Source: Thermodesulfobacteriota bacterium | GTDB taxonomy: Bacteria; Desulfobacterota; Binatia; Bin18 | Assembly: GCA_964291405.2 (NCBI GenBank) | Contig: OZ219926.1 | Coordinates: forward strand, 128,001 to 192,000 | DNA: 64,000 nucleotides | Reading direction: 5' to 3' | Shown here: positions 9,228 to 19,542 of the stretch, in pieces | How positions within the stretch are numbered: position 1 is the first letter of the stretch | Layout of the letters: each line of letters opens with the position of its first letter | The notes under the pieces: model-generated | The model's database searches: none | Seen by the model: the letters and a program-made list of their open reading frames with translations, nothing else | Told to the model about the DNA's origin: nothing | Program-made: the position numbers and the translations under genes

Positions 9228-10640
9228 CTAGGCGGTCACTAGGTGATCAATAACCCGGTAGAGCTGATTGAGGTTGCGGCACTCTTCAACCAGATCGCAG
9301 TACGGCGCATAGCGGTCCATCTCGCTATCGCCAAATCCCCACGTCAGCCGGCTTTCGGGGTTCAGCCAAATCACTTGCTTAGCTTTTTGCTGTAGGTCTC
9401 GAATGACCCAGTCGTGGGGTAGATTATAATTATTGCGCGCATCGCCCAGCACCAGCACAGTGGTCCGCTTATTGATGATAGAGAGATGATCCCGATGAAA
9501 GGTCTTGAAAGCCCGGCCAAAGTCTGAGTGCGCATAGATATTAATAAAATTGCCTCGTAAGGCTAAATCAATAGCTTGATGGACGTCATTGTCCTCGAAC
9601 AGCTTGGTCACATCACCAATATCGGCCACAAAAATAAAGCTGCGCACCTTGGAATAAAGGTCCTGCACGGAATAGACAAACTGCAACATAAAGCGCGAGA
9701 CGTTCCGCACCGAGTCAGATACGTCACACAGAATAACAACTTGCGGTTTTTCTTTCTTTTTCACATCAAGAATGATGTTGAACGGCACGCCACCGTATTG
9801 CAGGTTTTTTCGCAGCGTACGCTGTAAATCCAACCGCCCCCGTTTGCCCCGTTTCCGCCGAATCGCAATAATATGTTTCAGCCGCTGGGCCAGCTTGGTG
9901 ACCGCTTCTTTCATTTTTCGGATTTCGTCCTCAGAGAGGTAATAGAAACTCTTATCGGCCAAACTCCGCATCTTTTGCTGATCGCGCAACTCTGAGTCTT
10001 TCTTCTCCAACTCGGCCCGGACATAGCTGCGGATCATATGCGCCAGGTCTTGGAGGCGCTGGTCAATATATTGGGACAATTGTTCGATTTGTTCCGGGCT
10101 TAAGCCAGCCTGTTGCAAGGCGTCCTTGAGAGTCTGCAATTCCTGTTGGATATTGCCAAACCCCATCATCTGAGCGAGCGCATTCGCAAACTGCCCTTCC
10201 TGAAAAGAGCGCTGAATCTCCTGAAGATTCGCCTGCTGGGCCGCTTCTTGGAGCATTTTTTCGAGCTGCCCGGTATTATTGGTCAGCAAGGCTCGCGCCA
10301 AGTCTGACAGTTCTTGGTCCATATTCTGCAAGGCGTCTTCGAGCTGTTCGAGGAATTCTTGAAACTCTTCCTCGGTCATGTCCATCGCCTGCATCGTGGA
10401 AGCGGCCGCAGCCTTGATTACTTCGCCGAGGCCGGTAAAGAACATGTCGAAGAGTTCGTCGTAGACTGGGATGTCGACCTGCCGCTTGACAAAGGTCGCG
10501 CGCAAGGTGTCTTTCAACAACTGTTTATCGTAAACTCCCACCAACCCCAGAGCGGCGAAGGTGTCCATATTCTCCGCCACCGAGACTTTCAAGCCGTTCT
10601 CTCGCAGCAGGTGGCCAAATTCAACAATTTTGTCGTCCAT
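9228..10640 (-). CDS. VWA-domain protein, CoxE-like
   Basis: MIDAS-like CDVSDS, GRLDLQRTLR, LGDARNNY, WLNPE...WGFGDSEM. Confidence 0.9.
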   Translation of the reverse strand: MDDKIVEFGHLLRENGLKVSVAENMDTFAALGLVGVYDKQLLKDTLRATFVKRQVDIPVYDELFDMFFTGLGEVIKAAAASTMQAMDMTEEEFQEFLEQLEDALQNMDQELSDLARALLTNNTGQLEKMLQEAAQQANLQEIQRSFQEGQFANALAQMMGFGNIQQELQTLKDALQQAGLSPEQIEQLSQYIDQRLQDLAHMIRSYVRAELEKKDSELRDQQKMRSLADKSFYYLSEDEIRKMKEAVTKLAQRLKHIIAIRRKRGKRGRLDLQRTLRKNLQYGGVPFNIILDVKKKEKPQVVILCDVSDSVRNVSRFMLQFVYSVQDLYSKVRSFIFVADIGDVTKLFEDNDVHQAIDLALRGNFINIYAHSDFGRAFKTFHRDHLSIINKRTTVLVLGDARNNYNLPHDWVIRDLQQKAKQVIWLNPESRLTWGFGDSEMDRYAPYCDLVEECRNLNQLYRVIDHLVTA

Positions 10641-10661
10641 ACAACCTCACCGCTGCCCAGA

Positions 10662-11633
10662 TTAGTGGAGGAGGTCTTTGTCGTCTTGTTCCTGGCTCGG
10701 AGTCTGCGCCTCGACCTTGGCCTTCTGGCGGCTGATATATTCCTTTAACTCGGCCTCGGCCTTGCGCACATCCCCTTCATATTTCAGGATCGTGTTCAGC
10801 GTCTCATTCACCTGCGCTTCTTCAAGCCGGTGCACATTGAGCAAGGTGAGCGCTTTCGCCCAATCCAGGGTCTCGCTAATACTCGGGACCTTTTTCAGGT
10901 CAAGTTTGCGGATTGACTGGACGACTTCCACCACCTGATTGGCTAACTGCGCCGCGATCCCCGGCACCTTGAGCTGAACAATTTCGAGCTCTTGCTCCTG
11001 ACTCGGAAAATCAATGAAGAGGTGCAGGCAGCGCCGTTTGAGCGCGTCTGACATCTCACGCGCGTTATTACTGGTCAAGACCACCACCGGGATCTGTTGG
11101 GCTTGAATCGTTCCCAGCTCGGGCACACTCACCTGAAAGTCACTCAGGACCTCAAGCAAAAAGGCTTCGAACTCACTGTCCGATTTATCGATCTCGTCGA
11201 TGAGTAAGACCAGCGGATGATTAGCCGATATGGCCTGCAACAAGGGCCGGGGCAGAATAAAGCGTTCCGAAAAGAAGACGCTGTCCTGCTTGCCGATCCG
11301 CTCGACCGCCTCTTTCAAGGTTGCCGCACCTTCCAGCACTTCACTGATTTTGTCCTTGAGGATCTGGGTGTAGAGCAGCTGTTTGGCATATTCCCATTCA
11401 TACAGCGCTTTCGCCTCATCAAGACCTTCGTAGCACTGCAGGCGTAACAACTCACAGTCCATCGCCCCGGCCACCACCTTGGCGAGTTCCGTTTTCCCGA
11501 CACCAGCGGGCCCTTCGACAAGGATAGGTTTGCGGAGTTGGCTGGCTAAATAGACAACGGTCGCGATTTGACGACTACAAATATATTTCTGGTCTGAGAG
11601 TCTTGAAACAACGTCATCAACAGATTCGAACAT
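10662..11633 (-). CDS. MoxR-family AAA+ ATPase, CoxD-like
   Basis: Walker A EGPAGVGKT, LQCYEGLD, Walker B LLIDEIDK, DALKRRCL. Confidence 0.93.
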   Translation of the reverse strand: MFESVDDVVSRLSDQKYICSRQIATVVYLASQLRKPILVEGPAGVGKTELAKVVAGAMDCELLRLQCYEGLDEAKALYEWEYAKQLLYTQILKDKISEVLEGAATLKEAVERIGKQDSVFFSERFILPRPLLQAISANHPLVLLIDEIDKSDSEFEAFLLEVLSDFQVSVPELGTIQAQQIPVVVLTSNNAREMSDALKRRCLHLFIDFPSQEQELEIVQLKVPGIAAQLANQVVEVVQSIRKLDLKKVPSISETLDWAKALTLLNVHRLEEAQVNETLNTILKYEGDVRKAEAELKEYISRQKAKVEAQTPSQEQDDKDLLH

Positions 11634-11750
11634 TCTTCCTCCTCAGTGGATGCATGTCGGCAGAATCTATCACAGGGGTAGCTGAAACACAACGTGAACC
11701 CCCCTTCCCTCTTGCGACGACTCGCTCCCCATCCTATACTGCCGCGCGCT

Positions 11751-12545
11751 ATGTGTACGCTCGCCTTGTACTTCCAAACCTTTCCAGACTATCCCCTCGT
11801 GGTAGCGGCAAATCGGGATGAATTTTTGAGCCGTCCCTCCACCGCACCTGTCGTACTCCAGCACACCCCCTGGATTTTTGGCGGGAAGGATCTTGTTGCC
11901 GGAGGGACCTGGCTGGGTGTCAACGAGTATGGGCTTGTGGCCGGCATGCTGAACCGGCACACGCCTCAACCGACTGACCCGCGCCGGCGTTCGCGTGGAT
12001 TGTTAAGTCTGGATGCCCTTCAGGCGACGTCCGCCCGCCAAGCTGCCACGTCCGTGCAGCGCCAACCTGTCGATCGCTATAACCCCTTCAATCTTCTCCT
12101 GGTTGATAGCCAGGCTGCCTATGTTGTCTACCCGGCTGAGCAGACCATCCGTGTTCAGCAGCTCGAGCCTGGGGTCCACCTGTTGACCAATATGAATCTC
12201 AACGATCCCGAATGTCCCAAGATCGCGCACTCGTTTCAGCATTTTCAGACCGTAGCAGAAAAAATGACTGCAGCACCTGAGTTATCTTTTCCCGTCGTGG
12301 AGCTTTTTCGCCTCCTTCATGAACGACTTGCAGACCATGCCACACTGCTTGATCCACGGGCGGTGGATCCACGTAATGGCCTGTGTATCCACCTCGACGG
12401 CTACGGCACCTGCTCTTCGACATTACTTGCGTATTCCGCTCGACAGCGCCGATTTATCTATCACTTTGCCCCTGGCGCTCCGTGTCAGACCGATTATATT
12501 GAGGTCTCGCTACCATCAGCCAGCCAACCGCCGTCAACCACGTAG
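11751..12545 (+). CDS. NRDE / TANGO2 family protein
   Basis: MCT start at 11751, AANRDEF, GGTWLGVN, SRGLL, YGTCSST. Confidence 0.92.
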   Translation: MCTLALYFQTFPDYPLVVAANRDEFLSRPSTAPVVLQHTPWIFGGKDLVAGGTWLGVNEYGLVAGMLNRHTPQPTDPRRRSRGLLSLDALQATSARQAATSVQRQPVDRYNPFNLLLVDSQAAYVVYPAEQTIRVQQLEPGVHLLTNMNLNDPECPKIAHSFQHFQTVAEKMTAAPELSFPVVELFRLLHERLADHATLLDPRAVDPRNGLCIHLDGYGTCSSTLLAYSARQRRFIYHFAPGAPCQTDYIEVSLPSASQPPSTT

Positions 12546-13240
12546 CTAGCCCCTGTCACAAAATCCCCCGATTCCACAAGAAAGCGGATCGTGCGCGCAA
12601 TGTCGTACGGGCTTCCAAAGCGTTGCAGCGGAGTACGGGTACGCAGTTCTTCTTGCTGGTCCGGGCCATAGTCTTCGGGGAGTAAGACCGGGCCGGGAGC
12701 GACCTCGTTGACCTGGACGTGTGGGGCAAATGCCTTTGCCAATGCTTGCGTCAGCGCATGTACCCCCGCCTTGGATACGCAGTAGGGAAGAAAATTTCGA
12801 CTTGGTCGCCGGCCGCTCCAATCGCCAAGAAAAACGATTTTACCCTGCCCCTGGTGGTACATTCGTCTTCCGATGAGCACCGAGAGAAAGAAAGGAGCTG
12901 ATATATTCATCTGACGGAAAGTGTGCCATTCCTGCGCGGTCAGGGTGGCGATGGGAGTCGGAAAGAACACTGCGGCATTATTGATGAGAATGTCAATTTT
13001 CCCTGTTTTTTCCAGTGCTTCGTGGGCTACACGCTGTACGTTGCGACGATTTGCCAAATCGCCCCGTATAACCCAGGCTCGGCGGCCATATTGTTGCACA
13101 GCCTGTTGCGTCTCCTCTCCTGACGACTGATATGTGTGCAGGACCACATCCGCTCCTCCTTGAGCCAAAGCAATGGCAATTTCTCGTCCTATACGGCGGC
13201 CCGCGCCTGTCACCAGTGCGAGTGCATTCCGTAACTGCAT
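12494..13240 (-). CDS. SDR, pteridine reductase (FolM/PTR1-like)
   Basis: TGAGRRIG (basic residues typical of PTR1/FolM), NNAAVF, YCVSK, VNEVAPG. Confidence 0.75.
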   Translation of the reverse strand: MQLRNALALVTGAGRRIGREIAIALAQGGADVVLHTYQSSGEETQQAVQQYGRRAWVIRGDLANRRNVQRVAHEALEKTGKIDILINNAAVFFPTPIATLTAQEWHTFRQMNISAPFFLSVLIGRRMYHQGQGKIVFLGDWSGRRPSRNFLPYCVSKAGVHALTQALAKAFAPHVQVNEVAPGPVLLPEDYGPDQQEELRTRTPLQRFGSPYDIARTIRFLVESGDFVTGASYVVDGGWLADGSETSI

Positions 13241-13248
13241 ACGCTTTG

Positions 13249-14754
13249 TTATCCTTTTTGTTCTGGCGCGGAGAGTGGAATGGTAAAGGTAAAGGTCGCG
13301 CCGCCATCTCTATTATTATGTGCGGAGATCGTCCCATTATGGAGTTCGACAATTTTTTGCGTGAAGGCGAGGCCTAAACCAGAACCAGTTTTCTTGGTGG
13401 AAACAAAGGGGGCAAAGACCTGTTCGGCCACTCCCTCCGGAATACCCGTGCCCGTGTCTCGGATTGTGATCTGCATCTGACCCTGTATCTGGCGCGCCCC
13501 AATCGTAATCTGTCCATCTTCAGATGAAGCTTCCAGCGCATTCGTCAGGAGATTCAAAACGGCCTGCTTGAGCTTGATATGATCAAAGGGCATGAGAGGT
13601 CCCTCACCCTTCATTGCCAGCTCATAGCGGAGCGTCACCCCTCGTGCCCGAGCGGCTTCATGAATTTCTCGCCCTGCCTCTTGCAGGAGTTTGCTCAACA
13701 ACCCAGGCTCACGATGGACGGCAAAGTCACGGGAAAAGACCAGCAGATCGGACAGCGTGGTGTTCAAGTCTGTAATGGCCACATCGAGTTGTTCAACCCG
13801 TTGGGAGGCCTCTTCCAGTGTCTCGTGGGTGGGTGGCTGCGTTTCGTCCAGCGTGTCTCGCAACAAGTCACACTGAAGACCCAAGAGGCCGATTTTTTGG
13901 AGGATTTGATGTGAAATCGTCGACGACATATGTCCAATTGCCGCCATGCGTTCGCTTCTCGCCATGTCTACATTCATCAACTGAAGCTGTATATTTTGAC
14001 GCTCGATTTCCTTTTTTCGGAGCGTGAGTGTCCGCATGAGCACATGGGCCGCCCCAACCGGAATAGCGCTCAAGTAGAGTCCTGCCCCCCCAAAGGTATT
14101 GACCCCAAGGATCATGATCGCACTATACGGCGTGACTAGCAGCAGCCCTGTAATCATCAATGTCGGGAAATTGCCTGCAAAATCGAGCCCAGACGTATAT
14201 AGTGTCCCATACCGCGCCCGGTGCTGTAATCCATAACCCAGGGTAAAAACAGCCCACCCGCCTGCTTCACTCAGTATAAATCGTGCCAGTTCTTCAAATT
14301 CTCCAATATGAATAGGAATGTGCCCACCGCTCGAACGGTAAACGATATAGCGAGCAAAGAGTGCCATTTGCAGCAGCGCGCACAATTCAAGAATCCGTCG
14401 GACCGGGTGGGCGTCCTCTCGTACGGTTTGCGGCACAGTATCTACGCCCCACCATCTCACCGCCAAGGAGAGAGGGAGACTGAGGAGTATTGATCCGAGG
14501 AGTAAGGGTAAGGCAAACAGCCCAACCGTATACAGCAGTGAACTCGTCACTGCAAAGAGTAAGAGCGACAGGAACCAGTCTTGTCCCACCTCAACCCGCA
14601 GCAACACTCCGATACACAGCAGAGGCACGAACGCCTGGTAGAGCTCAAGATAGCCAAGATTAAACGCGACAAGACCACTCGCCGCCAACAGAAGACCGAA
14701 CAGGCCGCCAGCGGTTCCAGCTTGCAGAGCGCTGAACCCTCTCTCGTCGCTCAT
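13249..14754 (-). CDS. Multi-TM sensor histidine kinase
   Basis: Many N-terminal TM helices; atypical H-box ISHQILQKI; N box NLLTNALEA; DTGTG, FVSTK, GSGLGL; ATG overlaps upstream stop (TGATG). Confidence 0.9.
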   Translation of the reverse strand: MSDERGFSALQAGTAGGLFGLLLAASGLVAFNLGYLELYQAFVPLLCIGVLLRVEVGQDWFLSLLLFAVTSSLLYTVGLFALPLLLGSILLSLPLSLAVRWWGVDTVPQTVREDAHPVRRILELCALLQMALFARYIVYRSSGGHIPIHIGEFEELARFILSEAGGWAVFTLGYGLQHRARYGTLYTSGLDFAGNFPTLMITGLLLVTPYSAIMILGVNTFGGAGLYLSAIPVGAAHVLMRTLTLRKKEIERQNIQLQLMNVDMARSERMAAIGHMSSTISHQILQKIGLLGLQCDLLRDTLDETQPPTHETLEEASQRVEQLDVAITDLNTTLSDLLVFSRDFAVHREPGLLSKLLQEAGREIHEAARARGVTLRYELAMKGEGPLMPFDHIKLKQAVLNLLTNALEASSEDGQITIGARQIQGQMQITIRDTGTGIPEGVAEQVFAPFVSTKKTGSGLGLAFTQKIVELHNGTISAHNNRDGGATFTFTIPLSAPEQKG

Positions 14755-16208
14755 CACTCCCGGCCCGTCAGAAACCAATCAAGCCACGGGACACGCCGGA
14801 ATAAGAGAAAACCATATTCGAGGTTTGTGGAGTTAAAATCGTGCTCATTCAGAGAGACGTTGAAGCGGAGGTCCTGAAATCCGTAGCGGGTATCCAGCTG
14901 ATTGTTCCAATCATAGGCTTCTTGTTTGACCGGCACTCGATAGACGATGTCCCAGTGCAGCACGATACGGTAATAGGGATGGGTCCGCCATTGACTATTC
15001 GGGAAGACGAACTCCAAAACGTAGCAGGGGCGACCGTCATGATCCTGAATACCACGAAATTGCACTTCCAACTCGCTCTGCAGCCAGCCTTGTAAGAGTT
15101 GCGTCTGCAGTTGTTCAACTACCTGACCAAATCCAAATTCTTTGAGAGAATAGTGCAATTCTCGTTGCACCCAGGGACCGCTCGGTACCAAGTCACCGAT
15201 GACCGGGATACCAAACAGCGAAGTCCGGACCCGGACCCGCCCTCTATTCCAGCCCGTCCGGAACAGCGCCTCCTTGAGTCCGCCGCTCTCTTGTTCCCAG
15301 GCCATATAGACATCGAACGGTTTCCGAAACTTGAACCTCGCCGTCCGACGGATCAATTGGCCTTCACGACGCGCTTCAGTCACCCATACCCCAGTATAGT
15401 CTTGGATTTCACCAGCACGGCGCAACCAATTCTGGGTAAATCCGCGGACATCCAGATCGGCCCCCGGTCGAAACAGACTCGGATCCCCAGACGCCGGAGA
15501 TTCACGCTCAAAGACCTGTTGTGAAATCCCAATATTGACCTGTAGGTCTGTATACGACAAGCGTTGTCGTACTTCTCCGGATGCCCCTCGAAGGATGAGT
15601 TCCAGTGGCAAACCTGTTCCCCGCTCGATCACGAACTCATACGTCACAACCGTATTATCACGAAATGGAATGAGAAAAGCCGGCACTGACAGAATCACTC
15701 GCCCTTCGGCCAATTGTGGGTCTCCCGGCTGAAGGGCGACAAGCTGGAGGCTACGGTCGGCGCTAGGCCGCTGAGAAAGGGCTCTCAGTGCGTATAACCA
15801 CGCATTCACATCTTTGAGGGCTGGAGCGAAAGGGTCGCTAATTTCTGTGGAGGGAATACTGACCCGGACGTAATCAAACCAGCCACCGAGTCTGATAAAA
15901 ATTGTTCCCAGAGCCCGGGTTGGCCTCGTGAGCAAGGTGGTGCCTCGGTATAAACCCGATTGCCATTGCATGAGCAGAGAAGATGGCTTACGAAAGGTTA
16001 CTGCAATTTCGTGTTGCCTGTGGACACCACCCTTTTCCCATATCTCATGCCGTAATGTACCACGATAGTCGACGAGGCGATGATACGCGGCTTGGCACTC
16101 GGCCAAGAGTTCCTGCACTCTCGTCTCCGCCGTTTCGGCACCTGTGCCTCTTGGTATAAATAACACCAGGGAGAATGCGTACAGCATCATCGGGACCAGC
16201 CGCGTCAT
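14754..16208 (-). CDS. Exported protein with two tandem LolA/RseB-fold-like (DUF1571-like) domains
   Basis: Signal peptide; internal repeat DY.G...FRKP...W...Y.DL..N seen twice; hydrophobic C-terminal tail. Confidence 0.6.
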   Translation of the reverse strand: MTRLVPMMLYAFSLVLFIPRGTGAETAETRVQELLAECQAAYHRLVDYRGTLRHEIWEKGGVHRQHEIAVTFRKPSSLLMQWQSGLYRGTTLLTRPTRALGTIFIRLGGWFDYVRVSIPSTEISDPFAPALKDVNAWLYALRALSQRPSADRSLQLVALQPGDPQLAEGRVILSVPAFLIPFRDNTVVTYEFVIERGTGLPLELILRGASGEVRQRLSYTDLQVNIGISQQVFERESPASGDPSLFRPGADLDVRGFTQNWLRRAGEIQDYTGVWVTEARREGQLIRRTARFKFRKPFDVYMAWEQESGGLKEALFRTGWNRGRVRVRTSLFGIPVIGDLVPSGPWVQRELHYSLKEFGFGQVVEQLQTQLLQGWLQSELEVQFRGIQDHDGRPCYVLEFVFPNSQWRTHPYYRIVLHWDIVYRVPVKQEAYDWNNQLDTRYGFQDLRFNVSLNEHDFNSTNLEYGFLLFRRVPWLDWFLTGRE

Positions 16209-16936
16209 TCATCCCCCAAACCGGCTTTCAGCGCCAATACCGCCGCTTTCGTCCGATCATTCACCTGTAACTTTCGAAAAATACTCGCAAGGTGCATCTT
16301 GACTGTGAGTTCACTAATAAAGAGCTGCTGACTGATTTCTTTATTCGAGGCGCCGGTTGCCACCGAACGTAACACTTCTTCCTCTCGATTCGTAAGTGTT
16401 TGGACCAAGCGTCTCAGTTCTTCGACCTCTTGATCACGCTGAAACTCATGTAGGAATTTACTGGCTAAGTCAGGATTCAAAAACACTTCTCCGTCAGCGA
16501 CCTTTCGGAGTGTTTCAAGAATCTCTTTAGAGCGGGTATTTTTGAGCAGGTATCCGACGGCTCCAACTTTCAAGGCACGAAAGATAAGAGGCGGGTTGTC
16601 ATAGCCGGTAAGCATGACAACCCTGGTTTCCGGCGACTGCTTACGAACAAAAGCAGTCGCACTAATCCCATCTCCCTCGGGCAACTCGAAATCCATCAGA
16701 ATGACCTGAGGTTTTTTCTTTTCGAGTAGCTTCTCAAGATCAGCCACACTCTCGGCTACGCCAAGGAGTTCAAAGTCAGGCTGTTTTCTAAATAACTCTT
16801 GGAGGCCGGACAGAAAAATCGGGTGATCATCCACAAGAATAATGGAGATTTTTCCACCGGAGCGCTCGGCCGGCTTAGGCTGCCGCTTCTTTTTCACATT
16901 CTTGCTGAGACTTTTGTTCGCCATATTCCCTGACAT
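16205..16936 (-). CDS. NarL/LuxR-family response regulator
   Basis: DDHP, LMDFELP, GYLLK; LTNREEEVL...SNKEI...TVKMHLASIFRKL. Confidence 0.95.
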   Translation of the reverse strand: MSGNMANKSLSKNVKKKRQPKPAERSGGKISIILVDDHPIFLSGLQELFRKQPDFELLGVAESVADLEKLLEKKKPQVILMDFELPEGDGISATAFVRKQSPETRVVMLTGYDNPPLIFRALKVGAVGYLLKNTRSKEILETLRKVADGEVFLNPDLASKFLHEFQRDQEVEELRRLVQTLTNREEEVLRSVATGASNKEISQQLFISELTVKMHLASIFRKLQVNDRTKAAVLALKAGLGDE

Positions 16937-17374
16937 GAAGCATAGAAATTCTCGCTCAGGGGGTCAAGAAATAATATCCTATTATTTATATAACCCGGCC
17001 GCTCTCAGACCTATGCACAATTTGACTAGCAATAAATAGATATTTTATAAGATTTATAATACTAAAAATAGTAATATCTTTATTATAATAATTTTTAGCT
17101 ATTATAGACAAATATATTAAGTCTAAATATTTTATTAGAGGAAATATTTACTTATATTTTATCTATTATTTTCCTCGCCTTCATAAATCCTCCGAGCCAT
17201 CTTCTATAATACCGCTGTGATTATTTGTGTATAGAATCCTGCCAGTCGGCGACAATCATAACTCGTGTATTGGATGTTGAATTATCAAGTCCTGTTTAGT
17301 AATATTTACTTACTATTTATAGTCAAATATTACTTGGCAGATAATATATTACTGTATCCACATTCACTATTTCC

Positions 17375-17383
17375 TGTGGATAA
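17375..17383 (-). promoter_or_regulatory. Perfect DnaA box (TTATCCACA on minus strand)
   Basis: TGTGGATAA on plus; 1-mismatch boxes at 17354-17362, 17226-17234, 17011-17019 in the same AT-rich gap. Confidence 0.4.
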
Positions 17384-17404
17384 CTGCCTTGTAGGGGGTA
17401 AAAC

Positions 17405-18157
17405 ATGGAGAGTCTGCCGCTTGCAGCAAAAACCACTCGAGCGAAAAGCCCGAATGCACCTTCCTACAGCCTCCAGGAGTGCCTTGAGGATACGCGGAAG
17501 GTCTTTCGTATCGAAAATCAGGTCGCAACGAGCCGGGAATCCATCGCTGAACACATTGCGCTGGCTCCGCAATCTGGACCTTTTAATAGAAAACTCAGCA
17601 GCTTACGCCAGTATGGCCTCCTCGAAGCTATCGGGAAAGATCTCCGGGTAAGTGATCTTTTCATCAGAATAGAACATGCCACGGGTGAGACGGAACGTTG
17701 TCGAGCCTTACGTGAAGCTCTCGGCCGACCAACCGTCTTTCAACGACTGCTGTCCCAGTATGAACAGACTGGACTACCTTCAGATATCAATCTTACAAAT
17801 CAGCTTATAATAAAACAGAGGTTCACTAAGAAAAACGCAGAGGTCGTTTCTCGTGCATTCCTGGACTCATCGCGTTTCGCCGGTTTGGGTCTTCTTCGTC
17901 CTCAAGCGGCTCCCTCGCCTCTCCCCTCCCAAACCACCCGGACATCCCCAGAAGAGGCATTGACTCTCGCCCCCCCCCTCCCCTCTCAACCATCACCTCC
18001 TCCCTTTCAGGTCATGACTGACGTTTCCTTGTGTAGACAGGAGATTCCACTTGGCACGGGCCGTCGGGCCGTCGTCGAATTGCCCGAGGATATTAAACCT
18101 GAGGAAATCCAACGTCTGATGCGAATTTTGCAAGCCTTGGCCGACCCTATCGCCTAA
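17405..18157 (+). CDS. Hypothetical protein, probable winged-helix N-domain, Pro-rich linker, small C-domain
   Basis: PSYSL...SGPFNRKLSSLRQYGLLE helix-wing-like pattern; GGGGG RBS. Confidence 0.6.
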   Translation: MESLPLAAKTTRAKSPNAPSYSLQECLEDTRKVFRIENQVATSRESIAEHIALAPQSGPFNRKLSSLRQYGLLEAIGKDLRVSDLFIRIEHATGETERCRALREALGRPTVFQRLLSQYEQTGLPSDINLTNQLIIKQRFTKKNAEVVSRAFLDSSRFAGLGLLRPQAAPSPLPSQTTRTSPEEALTLAPPLPSQPSPPPFQVMTDVSLCRQEIPLGTGRRAVVELPEDIKPEEIQRLMRILQALADPIA

Positions 18158-18261
18158 CAAGACGACCAACTCCGCTGGACCAGCCCGTCTTTACTTCACC
18201 GCTGCTCCACTCTAGCTTCTGGTATTGTATTTCAGTCTCCCGAATTATACGGAGCATAACT

Positions 18262-19542
18262 GTGTCAACGGCTCAGACGAAAATTCCATCATACCAACTC
18301 GCGCCGAAAGCTTTACATTGGATTTCGAGCGTTTTCTTCGCGAACTTCTTCACACTCCTTCTAATCACGATCAGCTTGTCTCAATGGATCGTTCCGGTCT
18401 GGTTTTTGGGCGTCTTTTTACCTGTTTACTCGCCGCCCTCAGCGGCCACAGCTGTTATTCCACTGATCCTTTTTTTCTTGAATCTCTTCCTCATACGCTT
18501 CTCTCGGCGCCTACCCTCCCTTCCTACAGTCCTCCGTTTACCTCTCCGTATTTATTTTGCCTCGGCTTTCATCAGCGCCTTTTGCTTTGTTTTTCTTGTG
18601 CTGTGCGGAGTCTTATGGGCATTTCTCTCTTTCCTCGTCGCCGTATGCGGCTTCTTCCTCCCCTTTACCGAACTCCACCTGTCTGTTCAGCCCACACTGA
18701 CACTGGGCTTTCAACTTTTTGCGGGCGTGAGTCTCATTCTCATTACCAGCCTTCTCATCTATGGCTACTTTGGGGGCCAGCGCCAACTCCGCATATCCAA
18801 GAGAGAACTCTCCCTTGCCCATTGGCCGGCCACAAGTCCTCACATCAAAATTGTGCAGATCAGTGATCTCCACATTGGAACGAATCTCACCACACAGGAG
18901 CTCGAAACCTATGTGCAGAAAGTCAATGAGCTACAGCCAGACCTCATCCTCCTGACCGGTGATATCCTAGACGCCAACCCTGCGTATATTCCGGACTTCT
19001 TCCCGCACCTGAACGCGCTCCACGCTCGACACGGAGTCTTTGCCTGTCTTGGGAACCATGATCGCTATGCGGGAGCGCAGGCTGTTGCGGCTGGCCTGGC
19101 GGATTATACCCATATTACGCTTCTACGGGACCAGGTCGCTCATCTTGCCATTGCCGGCACAACGCTCCATCTCATCGGTCTGGACGATCGTGGGAAGGAT
19201 TGGGCTCGCGGGCTCGATGCGGATACCACCCTCACCCAGCTTAGAGCAGATATTCCAAGCCATGAGCCCACCATTTTATTGTCGCACCGTCCTGACATTT
19301 TTCCCGCGGCCGCCAATCTCAGTATTGATCTCACCCTGTCCGGTCATACCCATGGCGGTCAATTCGCCCTGCCGTTCCAGTCGCACCAGTTCAATTTGGC
19401 CCGCTTTATTACCCGCTTTCCACGTGGCCAATATATGCTCGGAAATTGTTTCCTGTATGTAAATCGAGGCCTGGGCGTCACGGGTCAGCGCATACGTCTT
19501 TTTACTCCACGTGAGATCGCCCTCCTGACCTGTCGAGCCTAA
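18262..19542 (+). CDS. Membrane-bound metallophosphoesterase (YkuE-like)
   Basis: SDLH, TGDILD, GNHD, SHRP, SGHTHGGQ motifs after N-terminal TM helices. Confidence 0.92.
   Translation: MSTAQTKIPSYQLAPKALHWISSVFFANFFTLLLITISLSQWIVPVWFLGVFLPVYSPPSAATAVIPLILFFLNLFLIRFSRRLPSLPTVLRLPLRIYFASAFISAFCFVFLVLCGVLWAFLSFLVAVCGFFLPFTELHLSVQPTLTLGFQLFAGVSLILITSLLIYGYFGGQRQLRISKRELSLAHWPATSPHIKIVQISDLHIGTNLTTQELETYVQKVNELQPDLILLTGDILDANPAYIPDFFPHLNALHARHGVFACLGNHDRYAGAQAVAAGLADYTHITLLRDQVAHLAIAGTTLHLIGLDDRGKDWARGLDADTTLTQLRADIPSHEPTILLSHRPDIFPAAANLSIDLTLSGHTHGGQFALPFQSHQFNLARFITRFPRGQYMLGNCFLYVNRGLGVTGQRIRLFTPREIALLTCRA

Noticed and set aside
12494-12545. Convergent 3' overlaps (also 43442-43486)
   Set aside because: Short tail overlaps explained by stop-codon drift; no sign of function
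16940-17400. Chromosomal oriC
   Set aside because: Only one perfect DnaA box and none of the usual flanking genes; kept only as a low-interest finding
17970-17978. Poly-C tract as phase-variation switch
   Set aside because: Within a Pro-rich linker, frame intact, no supporting evidence
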